DNA of 64,000 nt from Patescibacteria group bacterium (GCA_038062015.1 JBBTXZ010000002.1:1266-65265), one strand, 5' to 3'; shown: positions 48,908-59,388, numbered from the stretch's first letter. Numbers and translations are program-made. The notes: generated by a model not told the origin, from the sequence alone.

Positions 48908-50086
48908 ATGATTAAACTGATCAAATCAACCTTCTATAACGAGGCTGAAACTAAAGATAAGCTGATAAAATTCATAAAAACCAAGAGCCAGCTTAGTTTC
49001 GGGTCCGAGTGCGAAAAGTTTGAAAAAAACTTTGCCAAATACCAAGGAAGAAAATTCTGCGTTTTTTTTAACAGCGGCAGTTCGGCTAATTTAGCTTTAA
49101 TCCAAGCACTTTTAAATCTGGGGAAAATTAAAAAGGATAACACCACCGCTTTTTCTGCCTTAACTTGGTCAACTAATGTGATGCCTTTTATTCAACTCGG
49201 CCTTGAAGCTCTGCCGGTTGATGTCGAACTTGAAACTCTTAATGTTTCGAGCCGTAAATTTCTTGAATTTTTAAAACACTATCAGGTCAAGGTCTTTTTT
49301 CTGACAAATTTACTCGGTTTTTGCGATGATATAGATAAAATTAAAGAAATTTGCGATAAACGGGGGATAATTCTTTTGGAAGATAACTGCGAGGCATTGG
49401 GTACGGTTTATAAAGGTAAAAAACTTGGCAATTTCGGTCTTGCCAGTACATTTTCTTTTTATGTCGGCCACCATATGTCAACTATTGAAGGCGGGGCGGT
49501 TTGTACTAACGATAAAGATTTAGCCCAAATGCTTAAAATCGTCCGGGCTCATGGCTGGGATAGAAATCTTAATCCTAATGAACAAAAAAAAATAAGAATC
49601 GCTTTTAATAATCACTCTGACTTTTACGCCCGTTATACTTTTTATGATTTGGGTTATAATTTAAGACCCACGGAAATAAATGGGTTTCTCGGTAATAATC
49701 AGCTTAAGTTTATTGATAAAATCATAAAACAAAGAAACAAGAATTTTTTGCAATTAGCAAAACATATTTATAAAAATAATGGCCGCTATCTGCCGATAAA
49801 ATACAATCACATTGATTTCGTTTCCAGCTTTGCCATGCCGGTTGTTTGCAAAAACTCTAAAATAAAAGATGGCCTGGTTTCAACCTGCAAAGATAAAATT
49901 GAAATCAGGCCGATTCTATCGGGCAATGTACTCCAACAGCCATTCGCTAAAAAACACCTTACTCCCAAAGGCCATAAAATTAATTGTCCTAATGCCCGCC
50001 TGATTCATGAACAGGGTTTATATTTTGCCAATAATCCGGAACTTACTAAAAAAGAAATGAATCAAATTGTGAGTATCTTTGCATAG
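48908..50086 (+). CDS. DegT/DnrJ/EryC1-family PLP enzyme with His replacing the Schiff-base Lys (ColD-type GDP-4-keto-6-deoxymannose 3-dehydratase-like)
   Basis: FNSGSSANLALIQA; active-site block STFSFYVGHHMSTIEGG where a Lys is normally found; no E1-type Cys cluster. Confidence 0.65.
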   Translation: MIKLIKSTFYNEAETKDKLIKFIKTKSQLSFGSECEKFEKNFAKYQGRKFCVFFNSGSSANLALIQALLNLGKIKKDNTTAFSALTWSTNVMPFIQLGLEALPVDVELETLNVSSRKFLEFLKHYQVKVFFLTNLLGFCDDIDKIKEICDKRGIILLEDNCEALGTVYKGKKLGNFGLASTFSFYVGHHMSTIEGGAVCTNDKDLAQMLKIVRAHGWDRNLNPNEQKKIRIAFNNHSDFYARYTFYDLGYNLRPTEINGFLGNNQLKFIDKIIKQRNKNFLQLAKHIYKNNGRYLPIKYNHIDFVSSFAMPVVCKNSKIKDGLVSTCKDKIEIRPILSGNVLQQPFAKKHLTPKGHKINCPNARLIHEQGLYFANNPELTKKEMNQIVSIFA

Positions 50087-50088
50087 AT

Positions 50089-51054
50089 ATGAAACTAACC
50101 GATAAAACTTCGATAAAACTCAGTTCAAGTAAAATACTTTTAACCGGAGGCGCCGGTTTTTTAGGTTCTCAAGTTTATAAAAAACTAATTGAGCGGGGCG
50201 TTAAACCCAAAAATATCTTAATCCCCCGCTCTAAAAATCTTGATTTAAGAAATTTTGAGAATAGCCAAAAAGCAGTAAAAAATAAAGATTTAGTTATTCA
50301 TATAGCCGGTACTGTCGGCGGAATCGGCTTCAACCGGGAACATCCGGCTAGGGCTTTTTATAATAACGCCGCGATGGCTCTTAATTTAATTGAAGCCTCG
50401 TGCCGGACCGGGGTTCAAAAGTTTGTCGGCATCGGTTCGGTCTGTGCTTACCCAAAATTTACGCCCGTGCCATTTAAGGAAACAAACTTATGGGACGGTT
50501 ATCCCGAAGAAACAAATGCCTCTTATGGCTTAGCCAAAAAATTTATGATGGTTCAATCGCAAGCCTATGCCCAAGAATACGGTTTTCCGGCGATTCATCT
50601 TTTAATGGTTAACCTTTACGGGCCGAGGGATAATTTTGACCCTAAAAGCTCTCATGTCATCCCGGCTTTAATTAAAAAAATTCACGAAGCAAAAACAAAG
50701 AATAGTAAATTTATTGAAGTTTGGGGAACCGGTAAGGCCAGCCGCGAATTTCTTTATGTTGAAGATGCCGCTGAAGCAATTGTTTTGGCGACTGAAAGAT
50801 ATGAAAAGCCCGAACCGGTGAATCTTGGCTCTGGAATGGAAATCACAATTAAGGATTTAGTTAAATTAATCTGTAAGCTAATGAACTATAAAGGTCAAAT
50901 AAAATGGGATAAAACTAAGCCTGACGGCCAACCAAGACGTGCTCTTGATGTTTCTTTAGCTAAAAAAGAATTTGGCTTTAAAGCCAAAACCAGTTTTGAA
51001 AAAGGCCTTAAAAAAACAGTCGATTGGTACCTAAAAAACCAAGACCGAATTTAA
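50089..51054 (+). CDS. GDP-L-fucose synthase-family epimerase/reductase (Fcl/ColC-like)
   Basis: KILLTGGAGFLGSQV; YGLAKK catalytic pair; 321 aa; immediately after the ColD-like gene. Confidence 0.7.
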   Translation: MKLTDKTSIKLSSSKILLTGGAGFLGSQVYKKLIERGVKPKNILIPRSKNLDLRNFENSQKAVKNKDLVIHIAGTVGGIGFNREHPARAFYNNAAMALNLIEASCRTGVQKFVGIGSVCAYPKFTPVPFKETNLWDGYPEETNASYGLAKKFMMVQSQAYAQEYGFPAIHLLMVNLYGPRDNFDPKSSHVIPALIKKIHEAKTKNSKFIEVWGTGKASREFLYVEDAAEAIVLATERYEKPEPVNLGSGMEITIKDLVKLICKLMNYKGQIKWDKTKPDGQPRRALDVSLAKKEFGFKAKTSFEKGLKKTVDWYLKNQDRI

Positions 51055-51055
51055 G

Positions 51056-51910
51056 ATGATCACTTCCAGAAAATTTAAATTCGGCCGGTCAGGATTAGGC
51101 AATTGGCTTTTTAACTATGCCGGAACGAGGCTTTACGCCGAAAAAAACGGTTTTGATTTTGCGATGCCTGACTGGATCGGTACCAGAATTTTCCAGAATA
51201 TTAAACCTTGGACAGCGACGGAAAAAATCAAATCTTTTTTCTGCCGCGAAACCCAATTAGATGATTTAGATTCCTACACTAAACTTGATGCTCTTTTATG
51301 GTTATTCTCCAAAAATATAAAACTGCCCCAAACTCAAAGCCTGGAATCGCTTTATGAAAAACCAAAAGACAATATCAGTTTATACGCATACTTGCAGGAT
51401 GAATTCAGTCTTCAGCTTCTTAAACAAAACCGCGAAAAAATAAAAGACTGGTTCACATTTAATGAAAAAATACAGAAAGAATTCCAAAAACAAACTAAAG
51501 ATTTAAAGCCTTGGATAGGCGTTCATATAAGAAGAGGAGATTATATAAAACTCGGGATCAGCTTACCTGTTTCACAGTATAAATCTAAGCTTGATGAAAT
51601 ATTAAAGCAACTGCCTAATTATAAGGTTTTTATCGCCACCAATGATAGAAACATTATCTCGGAGTTCAAAGATTATAATTTATTGAAGGCATCTAATCCT
51701 CTATCTGATATACCTGATTATGTTTTTGATTTCTGGATGCTGGTTAATTCAGAATGGATTATCGGCGGTGGCTCAACCTTTTCCTGGTGGGCGGCATTTT
51801 TAAGCGATAAAGACTATTATCATAGCCCTCTCCTTACTAACTTTTGGACAAAAGATTATAGACCGGAATTCGCACTCCAAGATTTCTCTAAAGATTCCGC
51901 TATTAAATAA
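51056..51910 (+). CDS. GT11-family alpha-1,2-fucosyl(6-deoxyhexosyl)transferase
   Basis: N-terminal GRSGLGNWLFNYA and GT11 motif I GVHIRRGDYIK. Confidence 0.75.
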   Translation: MITSRKFKFGRSGLGNWLFNYAGTRLYAEKNGFDFAMPDWIGTRIFQNIKPWTATEKIKSFFCRETQLDDLDSYTKLDALLWLFSKNIKLPQTQSLESLYEKPKDNISLYAYLQDEFSLQLLKQNREKIKDWFTFNEKIQKEFQKQTKDLKPWIGVHIRRGDYIKLGISLPVSQYKSKLDEILKQLPNYKVFIATNDRNIISEFKDYNLLKASNPLSDIPDYVFDFWMLVNSEWIIGGGSTFSWWAAFLSDKDYYHSPLLTNFWTKDYRPEFALQDFSKDSAIK

Positions 51911-52937
51911 GTTTTGCTTTCCAGGTTTGAGGAAGATTCTTATGATCTAAATCCATCGAAGTAAGATAGACAAAAGACTGAGGACCTACTTCTTTAGCCC
52001 AAAAAATCATCTTTCTTAAACCGGTTCTTAAATCTGTTTTTGCTTTATAGCCTAAAAGTTTTTGAGCGACTTTGTGACTGCAATAGGCATACTTAACTTC
52101 TTGGGGTCGGTCCGGAAGATATTCAGGCTTAAATTTATCAGACATTTTGCCGTTTAAAAATTCGGATAAAAGCGTATCCGTTAATTCGTTTAGGGTAAAA
52201 GCTTTATCAGAACCTATATTTATTATTTCCCCTTCACATGATTTTAAAAAAGCAGATTTTGCCATTGCCGGAATGACATCATCAATATAAGAAAAGGCGC
52301 GTTTTTGCTTGCCATCTCCGTAAATATAGAAATTTTTGCTATGCATCAGCCGGTTTATAAAAATTCCGATAACATTCCGGTAAGGATCGCGCAGATTCTG
52401 CCTCGGGCCATAAACATTATGGGGCCTGAAAATTACGTATTTAAACCCATAGACCTGACTCATCACCCTGGTTTTTGCTTCCATAGCGGCTTTGGAAATC
52501 CCATAAATATCTTCAGGCAAGGGTGTCATGTCTTCTTTAAAAGGAGTCTGCTGGGCGCCGTAAACGCTCATAGAACTGGTTAAAATCATCTTCTTGAGGC
52601 CGTTTTTAATAGCCGGAACCAATAGATTTGTATAAGCGACAACATTGTTATCAATAGCGCTAAATGGCGTGAACTGGCTCCTGCCTTCGGTTGCGTCGGC
52701 AGCCAAATGAAATATTATTTCCGGTTTAAGTGATCCAATGTATTTTGCTGTTTTCTCACGGTCTCTCAAATCCAGTTTTGTGAATCTTGACTTGTCAGAG
52801 ACATTCCGCATAAACCCGCCGGATAAATCATCTACTCCATAAACATCATGACCCTTCTCTAAAAGATCATCAAAAAGATGACTGCCCATAAACCCGGCTG
52901 ACCCAGTAACCAGTATTTTGGTTTTATTTTTTTTCAT
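51903..52937 (-). CDS. NAD-dependent NDP-sugar epimerase/dehydratase (extended SDR)
   Basis: KILVTGSAGFMGSHL; YGISKAAME (YxxxK). Confidence 0.75.
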   Translation of the reverse strand: MKKNKTKILVTGSAGFMGSHLFDDLLEKGHDVYGVDDLSGGFMRNVSDKSRFTKLDLRDREKTAKYIGSLKPEIIFHLAADATEGRSQFTPFSAIDNNVVAYTNLLVPAIKNGLKKMILTSSMSVYGAQQTPFKEDMTPLPEDIYGISKAAMEAKTRVMSQVYGFKYVIFRPHNVYGPRQNLRDPYRNVIGIFINRLMHSKNFYIYGDGKQKRAFSYIDDVIPAMAKSAFLKSCEGEIINIGSDKAFTLNELTDTLLSEFLNGKMSDKFKPEYLPDRPQEVKYAYCSHKVAQKLLGYKAKTDLRTGLRKMIFWAKEVGPQSFVYLTSMDLDHKNLPQTWKAKLI

Positions 52938-54012
52938 TTATTTGAGTTAAATTACTGATTAACAATTTCAGTTCTCCGCCAAGAACTTTTGGAGTGCAGT
53001 ATTTTATAAATTTATTATAGCCGTTTTCAACCAATTTGCCTCTTAAATCCAAATTATTTTTTAATTCAAGGATTGCTTTGGCTAAACTTTCGGAGTCCGC
53101 TGGCTGAACCATCATCAAATTATCGTCACTAAATAATTCGCGGCAAGCAGAAGTATCGCCGCTTATCACCGGTCTTCTCATTGCTAATGATTCATAAATT
53201 TTATTCGGAATAACCAAAGCTGTTTTAGGCGTGTCTCCAAAAATCCCTAAACAAAGATGACACTTCTTAGCTTCTGTTAAAATACCTTCTGATAACATTT
53301 TACCCTTAAATTCGATATTTTTCAAATTCAGTTGGTGATTCAATTCAAGGATTGACTCTTTCTCTTGCCCGTCGCCGATAATAGTAAAAAATATATTTTG
53401 GTCCTCTAGAATTTTAACGGCCTGCAATATATACTTTATTCCTTGAAGCGGGATAAAAGTCCCGAAAAATAAAACCCTAAAAACATTTTTTTCTACTGGA
53501 AACGGCAAAGGCTTAAAAACTTTATCATCGGCCCCGATCCAGATTCTTCTGAATTTTTCGGGCGGAAGATTAAATTCTTCAACGAAAAAATTTATATGAG
53601 CTTGGGTATCGAGCAAAACCAAATCGGCCAAGCGGCAAGACCATTTATCAAGAAAACGATAGTATTTGGCCATTAAACTTGTTTTTGGATATTTTTTTCT
53701 ATCAATAATATAACCGCCGTAATGAGAAGCAAAGGCGTCAAAAATTATAGGTTTTCGGGCTTGCCCTGAGAAAAATCGAAGGGTTAAAAAACGGGCTAAG
53801 AACATCACTTCTTGTCCCGGGAATCCGACTATCATCACATCGTATGAAGTTTTTAATTTCAGATATTTTAAAAAAAGTTTCGGCAAGGCTCTAAAACCGC
53901 CGCCTTGAACATTGCATTCAAGAACTTCAACGCCGTTTTCTCTCAAACCGTCAATCAAAATACGGTTGCGGGCGTAATTAGGATTATAATTCCCAAAATA
54001 TAAAATCCTCAT
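52924..54012 (-). CDS. GT-B glycosyltransferase (GT4/GT1-like)
   Basis: MRILYFGNYNP N-terminus and a C-terminal nucleotide-binding-half pattern; 362 aa. Confidence 0.5.
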   Translation of the reverse strand: MRILYFGNYNPNYARNRILIDGLRENGVEVLECNVQGGGFRALPKLFLKYLKLKTSYDVMIVGFPGQEVMFLARFLTLRFFSGQARKPIIFDAFASHYGGYIIDRKKYPKTSLMAKYYRFLDKWSCRLADLVLLDTQAHINFFVEEFNLPPEKFRRIWIGADDKVFKPLPFPVEKNVFRVLFFGTFIPLQGIKYILQAVKILEDQNIFFTIIGDGQEKESILELNHQLNLKNIEFKGKMLSEGILTEAKKCHLCLGIFGDTPKTALVIPNKIYESLAMRRPVISGDTSACRELFSDDNLMMVQPADSESLAKAILELKNNLDLRGKLVENGYNKFIKYCTPKVLGGELKLLISNLTQINEKK

Positions 54013-55022
54013 TAGGTTTTTATTGTATCCAATATAGTTTTAACCCTATGATTTATTGTGTGGTCTTGTAAAATTCTCTGATACCCGGCCAAAGCAATTT
54101 CTTTTCTTTTTTCTTCGTTCGATAAATAAAACATAATTTTATCCAAAAGTTCGCCGGGTGTTTTATAAGTTTCAACCTCTTTCCCGGGCTGTAAAATATT
54201 TTTTAGTTCCGGCTGGCTGTCTGAAAGCTGAAAACCGCCGGCCGCCGGAATTTCAAAAGTCTTTAAATTCACTCCCCCATTTTGAGGCTGTAAGTTGCTG
54301 TTTAAGGAAATTTTTGACAAAGAATAAGCTTTGGCAATTTTTTCTGTAGAAAGCAAAGGCCCGCAGTAATTTTCAGCCAAAGAAGTGTTAAACCAGTCTT
54401 TCCAGCCAAAAATTTTAAGATTAACTCCCAACTTTTTTACTTCGGATAAGAGTTTTTCCCGCTCCGGATACAAAGCACCGACAAAACAAACATCGCAACT
54501 GTAAAATTCTTTGTCTTTTTGAGATAAATCACTGACTCTATAATAATCAGGATTCACTGCTACGGGTAAATATTTAAGGTTGCCAGACCCAAATTTATCC
54601 GTTATTGCCGGATCATAGTTAAAAAAATGGTCATAATAATGATGAGCCTTTAAAAACCAGCGATTATAATTTGGATGGTCAACATTTTCATAAAACCAGT
54701 TTATTAAAGTAGTACCCATGGCCTTTATTTTTACCAGCGTCTCCGGATAAATTATCACCCCTTTTGTGGTAAATAAAAAGTCGGGCTTTACTTTTTCGCA
54801 AAAGCTAATTAGCCTTTTATTCCACCTTTTATTATTTATCCCTTTTAAACGAGAGAACCTTTTGAGTAAACTCCAGGCCAATTTATTTTGACTTAAAAAA
54901 GAAGGCAAAAAAGTATTAATTCGTTCGTTAAAACGAAAAACCTCGGCGTCATGTTGCTTAAACGCTTTTTCAATATGCCGGTTAACAGGTGAATCTGCTG
55001 AAACAAATAAAATTTTCATCAT
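54012..55022 (-). CDS. CgeB-like/DUF3880-type glycosyltransferase-like protein
   Basis: C-terminal KISLNSNLQ...NLKTFEIPAAGGFQLSD resembles the CgeB/Glyco_trans_1_2 family. Confidence 0.4.
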   Translation of the reverse strand: MMKILFVSADSPVNRHIEKAFKQHDAEVFRFNERINTFLPSFLSQNKLAWSLLKRFSRLKGINNKRWNKRLISFCEKVKPDFLFTTKGVIIYPETLVKIKAMGTTLINWFYENVDHPNYNRWFLKAHHYYDHFFNYDPAITDKFGSGNLKYLPVAVNPDYYRVSDLSQKDKEFYSCDVCFVGALYPEREKLLSEVKKLGVNLKIFGWKDWFNTSLAENYCGPLLSTEKIAKAYSLSKISLNSNLQPQNGGVNLKTFEIPAAGGFQLSDSQPELKNILQPGKEVETYKTPGELLDKIMFYLSNEEKRKEIALAGYQRILQDHTINHRVKTILDTIKT

Positions 55023-56086
55023 TATAGTAACTCTGAAATTTTTCTTACTGTATCAGATAAATTGTGATTTTTAATGACTGATTCTTCCAAATAATCAATA
55101 ATATGCTTTGTTTTTTGTTCTGGCAAATTCAATAAATTCTGGATCTTTTCAGCTAAATCTCCGGCGGCGCCGTGTTTAAAAATCAAAAATCGGTTAAAAT
55201 CGCCAAAGTATCTTTTAAATATTTCATTGGCGACTAAAGTCAAAGAACCCGCTGCCATCGCCTCAAGAACAACTTTATCAATACCGCCTTTTGGAGCAAG
55301 ATTTACAAAAATATCGGCTTCTTTATAGTAACCGGCGATGCCGCTATAAGGAATAAAGCCGGTAAATTCGATGGAGCCTTCCAATTCCAAATCTTTGACC
55401 ATTTTTTTTAATTCATCGAAATATTCTATATCGTAATCCATTATTGGACGTCCAATTATATTAACCTTAAACGTTAGTCCATTGTCTTTTAAAATTTTTA
55501 CTGCCTTAATTAAGGTTTCGTAATTTTTAATTCTTGATATCCGGCCAACGCTTAAAATTCTGACCTCCCTAGAGTTTAAGTTATCTTGTTTCCTTTCGGT
55601 TTTAAATTTTTGAACATCAATCCCGTGTCCTACTTCAATTATTTTCTTGCTTTTGATATTCAAACTTTCAGCGGTTGAAGTTACGATTTTATAACAGAGT
55701 TTCTCGGCCAGTTTAAGGCGCCTTGTAACTGAACGGTGCAAATACCAAAGGACAATTCTTTTTCTAAAAATTGTGGCGACCGGCCAAGACAAAACCGCAA
55801 AAATCGGAGACATATGAATAAAAACCCCATCTGATTTCGGAATTAATCTAAATAAATACCAATAAAACTTTATGAACATTTTGATCTTTGAACTTCGAAA
55901 CTCTTTGCCCAATGAATAAATAAATACATTTTTAGGCAAATTATGACTTCCTTGTCCCAAAGTTATGACAAAAACTCTATCAAAATTATTGGCAAACTCT
56001 TTAAGCCACGAAACAAAAAAACCCAAAAGATCGTCATCCTGGTCAACTTTCTGGGTAATTATCAAAAGATTTTCCATTTTGTCCAC
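55022..56086 (-). CDS. GT4-family glycosyltransferase
   Basis: GGIDKVVLEAMAAGSLTLVANE. Confidence 0.7.
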   Translation of the reverse strand: MDKMENLLIITQKVDQDDDLLGFFVSWLKEFANNFDRVFVITLGQGSHNLPKNVFIYSLGKEFRSSKIKMFIKFYWYLFRLIPKSDGVFIHMSPIFAVLSWPVATIFRKRIVLWYLHRSVTRRLKLAEKLCYKIVTSTAESLNIKSKKIIEVGHGIDVQKFKTERKQDNLNSREVRILSVGRISRIKNYETLIKAVKILKDNGLTFKVNIIGRPIMDYDIEYFDELKKMVKDLELEGSIEFTGFIPYSGIAGYYKEADIFVNLAPKGGIDKVVLEAMAAGSLTLVANEIFKRYFGDFNRFLIFKHGAAGDLAEKIQNLLNLPEQKTKHIIDYLEESVIKNHNLSDTVRKISELL

Positions 56087-56123
56087 TCTTGAATTAAATT
56101 ACATATGTAAGATAACTCAAGAA

Positions 56124-57839
56124 TCATTTGCTAAAAGTAAAAGTATAAAAACTATCCAATTCTTTAAACTCTCCTCTTAAAATCTTCAAAGCTGATTCAT
56201 CTTTTACATCAGGGCCGAAGAAATCATAGATTGTCTGACTGGCCTCTTCAAAATGTCGATTTTTCGCCTGAATCAAGGCATAAAAAATAACATTGCCTTT
56301 CCCGCCGTATTCGAAAACTAAAATTTTAAGCGTTTCTTCGGCTTCCGGATATTTTTTCCTAGTGAAATAAACCCGGCTTAGATTCTGTAAAGTGTTTTGG
56401 TGCTTCGGTCTTAATTCAAGGACCCGTTCCAAAAATTTTTCCGCTTCGGCATAATCGCCTTCCTGAACTTCAACCGCCCCTCTAAGATTCAGATTTTGAA
56501 TATAATCGGGATATTTTTCATAAACCTCCAGAGATAACTTTTTGGCTAATTCTTTATCCTGATTAAGAATCAAGATTCCATAATTAGTCTTAGCCGCGAC
56601 GCTATTGGGCGACTTCTTAAAACTGTCGGTTAAAAGAGCTTCGCGGTTGGCCCAGACACGGTTCTGGCTGACAGTTATAAAACCATAAACAACCGATAAA
56701 ATCAATAAAATGGCTAAACCTAACCGCTTTGACAACTTGAATAACTGCTCGATGAATACAGCTAAAATCATCAACGCGCCCAAAGAAGGGAAATACATCA
56801 GCCGTTCAGCCATTATTGTTCCGGTCGGAAAAATCAGATTTGAAATTACAAGATAAGGAAGGAAAAAAAATATAAAGAGCCAACCTAAAACCGAACTCTT
56901 TTTTCGCGTTAGAATCTTGTAACCCTCCCAAAACATCAATCCTAAAAAAACGAGGCCCAATAATGAAAGTGGCGAAGAAAATAAGTTCGTTACTATCGAA
57001 ATCTGGTCATAAGAATAATCAGCCGAAAGATTGTAAGGCACAAAAACTTTTTGAAGATAAAGAACTAAAATTTTTAAAGCCGTAAAAATCCGTTCAAAAA
57101 AAGAAGCATAAGCCAGAGGATTAAAAACAAATTCAACCTGCGATTTGAAGGCGTATTGACCCAGAACAGCGATCCGAAGAATAAAATAAAAAATCATCGC
57201 TGCAAAATAATAAATCGGCCACCGCCAGCCCCGGTGATAATATAAGTTGAACAGAAAAATAATAGCCAGTACCATTATCACACTTTCCTTATTTAAAAAA
57301 GCTAAAAACAAAACTATAGCCGAGAGAAAATACTTTGAATCAAACCACAAAAGCAAAGTTAAAATTCCGAAAAAAAGCGAAAGCAGTTCGGTCCGGCCGC
57401 TAATTGCCGTCACGGCCTCAACGTGAATTGGCAAGACCAAGAATAATAAAGAAGCAATCAAACTGAGACGGCTATTGCTAGTCAACTTTTTCAAAAGTAA
57501 ATAAACCAAAAATGAGTTAATAATATGCAACAAAACATTGACCAGATGAAAACCGAACGGCGAAGAGCCGATTAAAAAATTAAGGCCGAAGCTGATTTGA
57601 ACCAAGGGCCGGTAAAGTCCGGCTTGGTAAAAATCTTCGAAATACGGCTGGCTGAAAAAAGAAAATATTTTGCTTGGCTGACCGAAAAGACTGTGCGATA
57701 AAATTAAATGATCATCATGGACAAATTCACCGTTCAGACCATTAGAAAAGACGGAAGAACCGATCAATAAAAAAAGAATGAAAACAGCCTTATTTGACTT
57801 CATAAGTAAAACTTTATCTAAAAACAAAAAACGGCGCAA
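56124..57839 (-). CDS. TMTC-like GT-C membrane glycosyltransferase with C-terminal TPR repeats
   Basis: N-terminal FVHDDH acidic motif in the first loop; about 11 TM helices; C-terminal TPR repeats (AEAEKFLERVLELRPKHQNTLQNLSRVYF...). Confidence 0.5.
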   Translation of the reverse strand: MRRFLFLDKVLLMKSNKAVFILFLLIGSSVFSNGLNGEFVHDDHLILSHSLFGQPSKIFSFFSQPYFEDFYQAGLYRPLVQISFGLNFLIGSSPFGFHLVNVLLHIINSFLVYLLLKKLTSNSRLSLIASLLFLVLPIHVEAVTAISGRTELLSLFFGILTLLLWFDSKYFLSAIVLFLAFLNKESVIMVLAIIFLFNLYYHRGWRWPIYYFAAMIFYFILRIAVLGQYAFKSQVEFVFNPLAYASFFERIFTALKILVLYLQKVFVPYNLSADYSYDQISIVTNLFSSPLSLLGLVFLGLMFWEGYKILTRKKSSVLGWLFIFFFLPYLVISNLIFPTGTIMAERLMYFPSLGALMILAVFIEQLFKLSKRLGLAILLILSVVYGFITVSQNRVWANREALLTDSFKKSPNSVAAKTNYGILILNQDKELAKKLSLEVYEKYPDYIQNLNLRGAVEVQEGDYAEAEKFLERVLELRPKHQNTLQNLSRVYFTRKKYPEAEETLKILVFEYGGKGNVIFYALIQAKNRHFEEASQTIYDFFGPDVKDESALKILRGEFKELDSFYTFTFSK

Positions 57840-57868
57840 TTACGGCCATTTTTCGTTTAAAAATCAAA

Positions 57869-58951
57869 TTATTTATTTATTAGCTTAAGATACTTGGCTT
57901 TGGATAAAGGTCCAAAGTAGCCGCTAGCCGGCGATATGTTGTTAGCTTTCTGCCAAGCGGCTACGGCCGCTTGAGTCACTGCTCCGAAACGACCAGTTGA
58001 ACCACCAGAATAAGTAAAATGCCCTGTAGTAGTCAGATAATCCTGCAAAGCCTTAACATCCGCGCCTTGAGAACCGACTGTCAGACTGCGGGTAAAATTA
58101 AAAGCAGCACCAAGAGCTTGAGGCGTCTGAACCGGAGTGGCCACCGGAACAGAAACAGAAGTAATTTTTGCCCTTGTTAACGGCCCAAAATAACCGCTCG
58201 CCGGGGGAACACCGTTAGCCACCTGCCATTTTGCCAAAGCCGTTTTGGTCAAAGAACCGAATAAATTGGTTTCACTACCCGGGGAACCGGGTCCGGAATT
58301 AGCAATTTTAAAACCTGCGGAGTTAAGGAATTTCTGCAAACTTTTAACGTCTTCTCCACTGGAACCAATAGTCAGGTTTCTGACAAATTGGGAAACTGAA
58401 GCTGGGCCTGATAATCCGGCTATCTTTGCCTGTAAGGCCGATATTTGAGAAGTTATCGCTTCTGCGCCTGCGGCCGGAGTTGGGGTCGGACTTGGAGTTG
58501 CTGAAGAAGTTGAGGAATCACTTCCGCCGCCAGTTCCGCCTCCGCCGCCTCCTCCACCACCACCACCAGTAAGAGTGGAACAACCGGACGAACTTGGTGT
58601 CACTTTTATCGTTCTCTGTCCGGAACCAGAAGGCAAGGTAATTGATATTTCAGAATAGGTGCTGGGGCAATTCTGACTAAGGCCGCCATCATTAGTCAAA
58701 ATTTTCCGGTCCGTTGATCTTAAAGTAAATGTCTGCCCTCCTGAAATTTTAAAGGTAAGAGTGGAGGTCTCGGTGCTTATTTCATCAGCGCTTGAACCGC
58801 CAATAATCGTAAAATTAGTAGATGATCCACCTATGGTTAGATTAATCGTGGTATCTTCCGGAAAAGTAAGGGCTGCGGCTGAGACTACGCCCGGAATTAA
58901 AAATAATGAAAGAACTAAAAAGAGATATGATTTTTTAATTAGTTTTTTCAT
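57869..58951 (-). CDS. secreted protein with Gly/Ser/Thr/Pro linker and two peptidoglycan-binding (PG_binding_1-like) domains
   Basis: signal peptide ...GVVSAAA; poly-Gly run; two repeats of the ...GxDVKxLQxxL...GYFGPLTxAK pattern. Confidence 0.65.
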   Translation of the reverse strand: MKKLIKKSYLFLVLSLFLIPGVVSAAALTFPEDTTINLTIGGSSTNFTIIGGSSADEISTETSTLTFKISGGQTFTLRSTDRKILTNDGGLSQNCPSTYSEISITLPSGSGQRTIKVTPSSSGCSTLTGGGGGGGGGGGTGGGSDSSTSSATPSPTPTPAAGAEAITSQISALQAKIAGLSGPASVSQFVRNLTIGSSGEDVKSLQKFLNSAGFKIANSGPGSPGSETNLFGSLTKTALAKWQVANGVPPASGYFGPLTRAKITSVSVPVATPVQTPQALGAAFNFTRSLTVGSQGADVKALQDYLTTTGHFTYSGGSTGRFGAVTQAAVAAWQKANNISPASGYFGPLSKAKYLKLINK

Positions 58952-59370
58952 TGTTTAAGTTTCGAATTGATAATCGTTTGGACTACTTGCGAATCCGGTT
59001 TTAAATTCTCCCAAAAAAGAATGTGATCTCGGTTAAGAATCATTTGATTCTTGGGGCTATGGGGTTCTGTTTCGCCCAATCTCACTAATCTACCGGAAGC
59101 AGAGCCCTCGCTTTCCAACTTAACATAATATACGTCCTCCAAAATCGGGTATTGCGAATCAATATCTCTTAATCTACCAAAATATATTTGCTTGTCATCA
59201 AGGAAAATCGCCTGATAAGTTGTTTGATCAATCCTCTCTTCTTCTCCGGCGCCTTTTAACAGCAACCAATATGCTTTAAAGCCCAAAACGAAAATCAATA
59301 ACAGCCCGACTATTACAGCCAGTCCCGTTAAAATTGGAGAAGATTGATTCTTTTTTAATAGCCACGCCAT
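58948..59370 (-). CDS. hypothetical membrane-anchored protein
   Basis: 140 aa with N-terminal TM LTGLAVIVGLLLIFVLGF; 4-bp overlap with the downstream gene. Confidence 0.4.
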   Translation of the reverse strand: MAWLLKKNQSSPILTGLAVIVGLLLIFVLGFKAYWLLLKGAGEEERIDQTTYQAIFLDDKQIYFGRLRDIDSQYPILEDVYYVKLESEGSASGRLVRLGETEPHSPKNQMILNRDHILFWENLKPDSQVVQTIINSKLKQ

Positions 59371-59388
59371 TAAAACATCCGCTATAAC

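Noticed and set aside
58495-58570. ccg/cct/cca trinucleotide-rich run, considered as a possible non-coding simple repeat
   Set aside because: It is in-frame inside gene 57869-58951 and encodes the poly-Gly/Thr linker (TGGGGGGGGGGGTGGG); low-complexity coding sequence rather than a separate element
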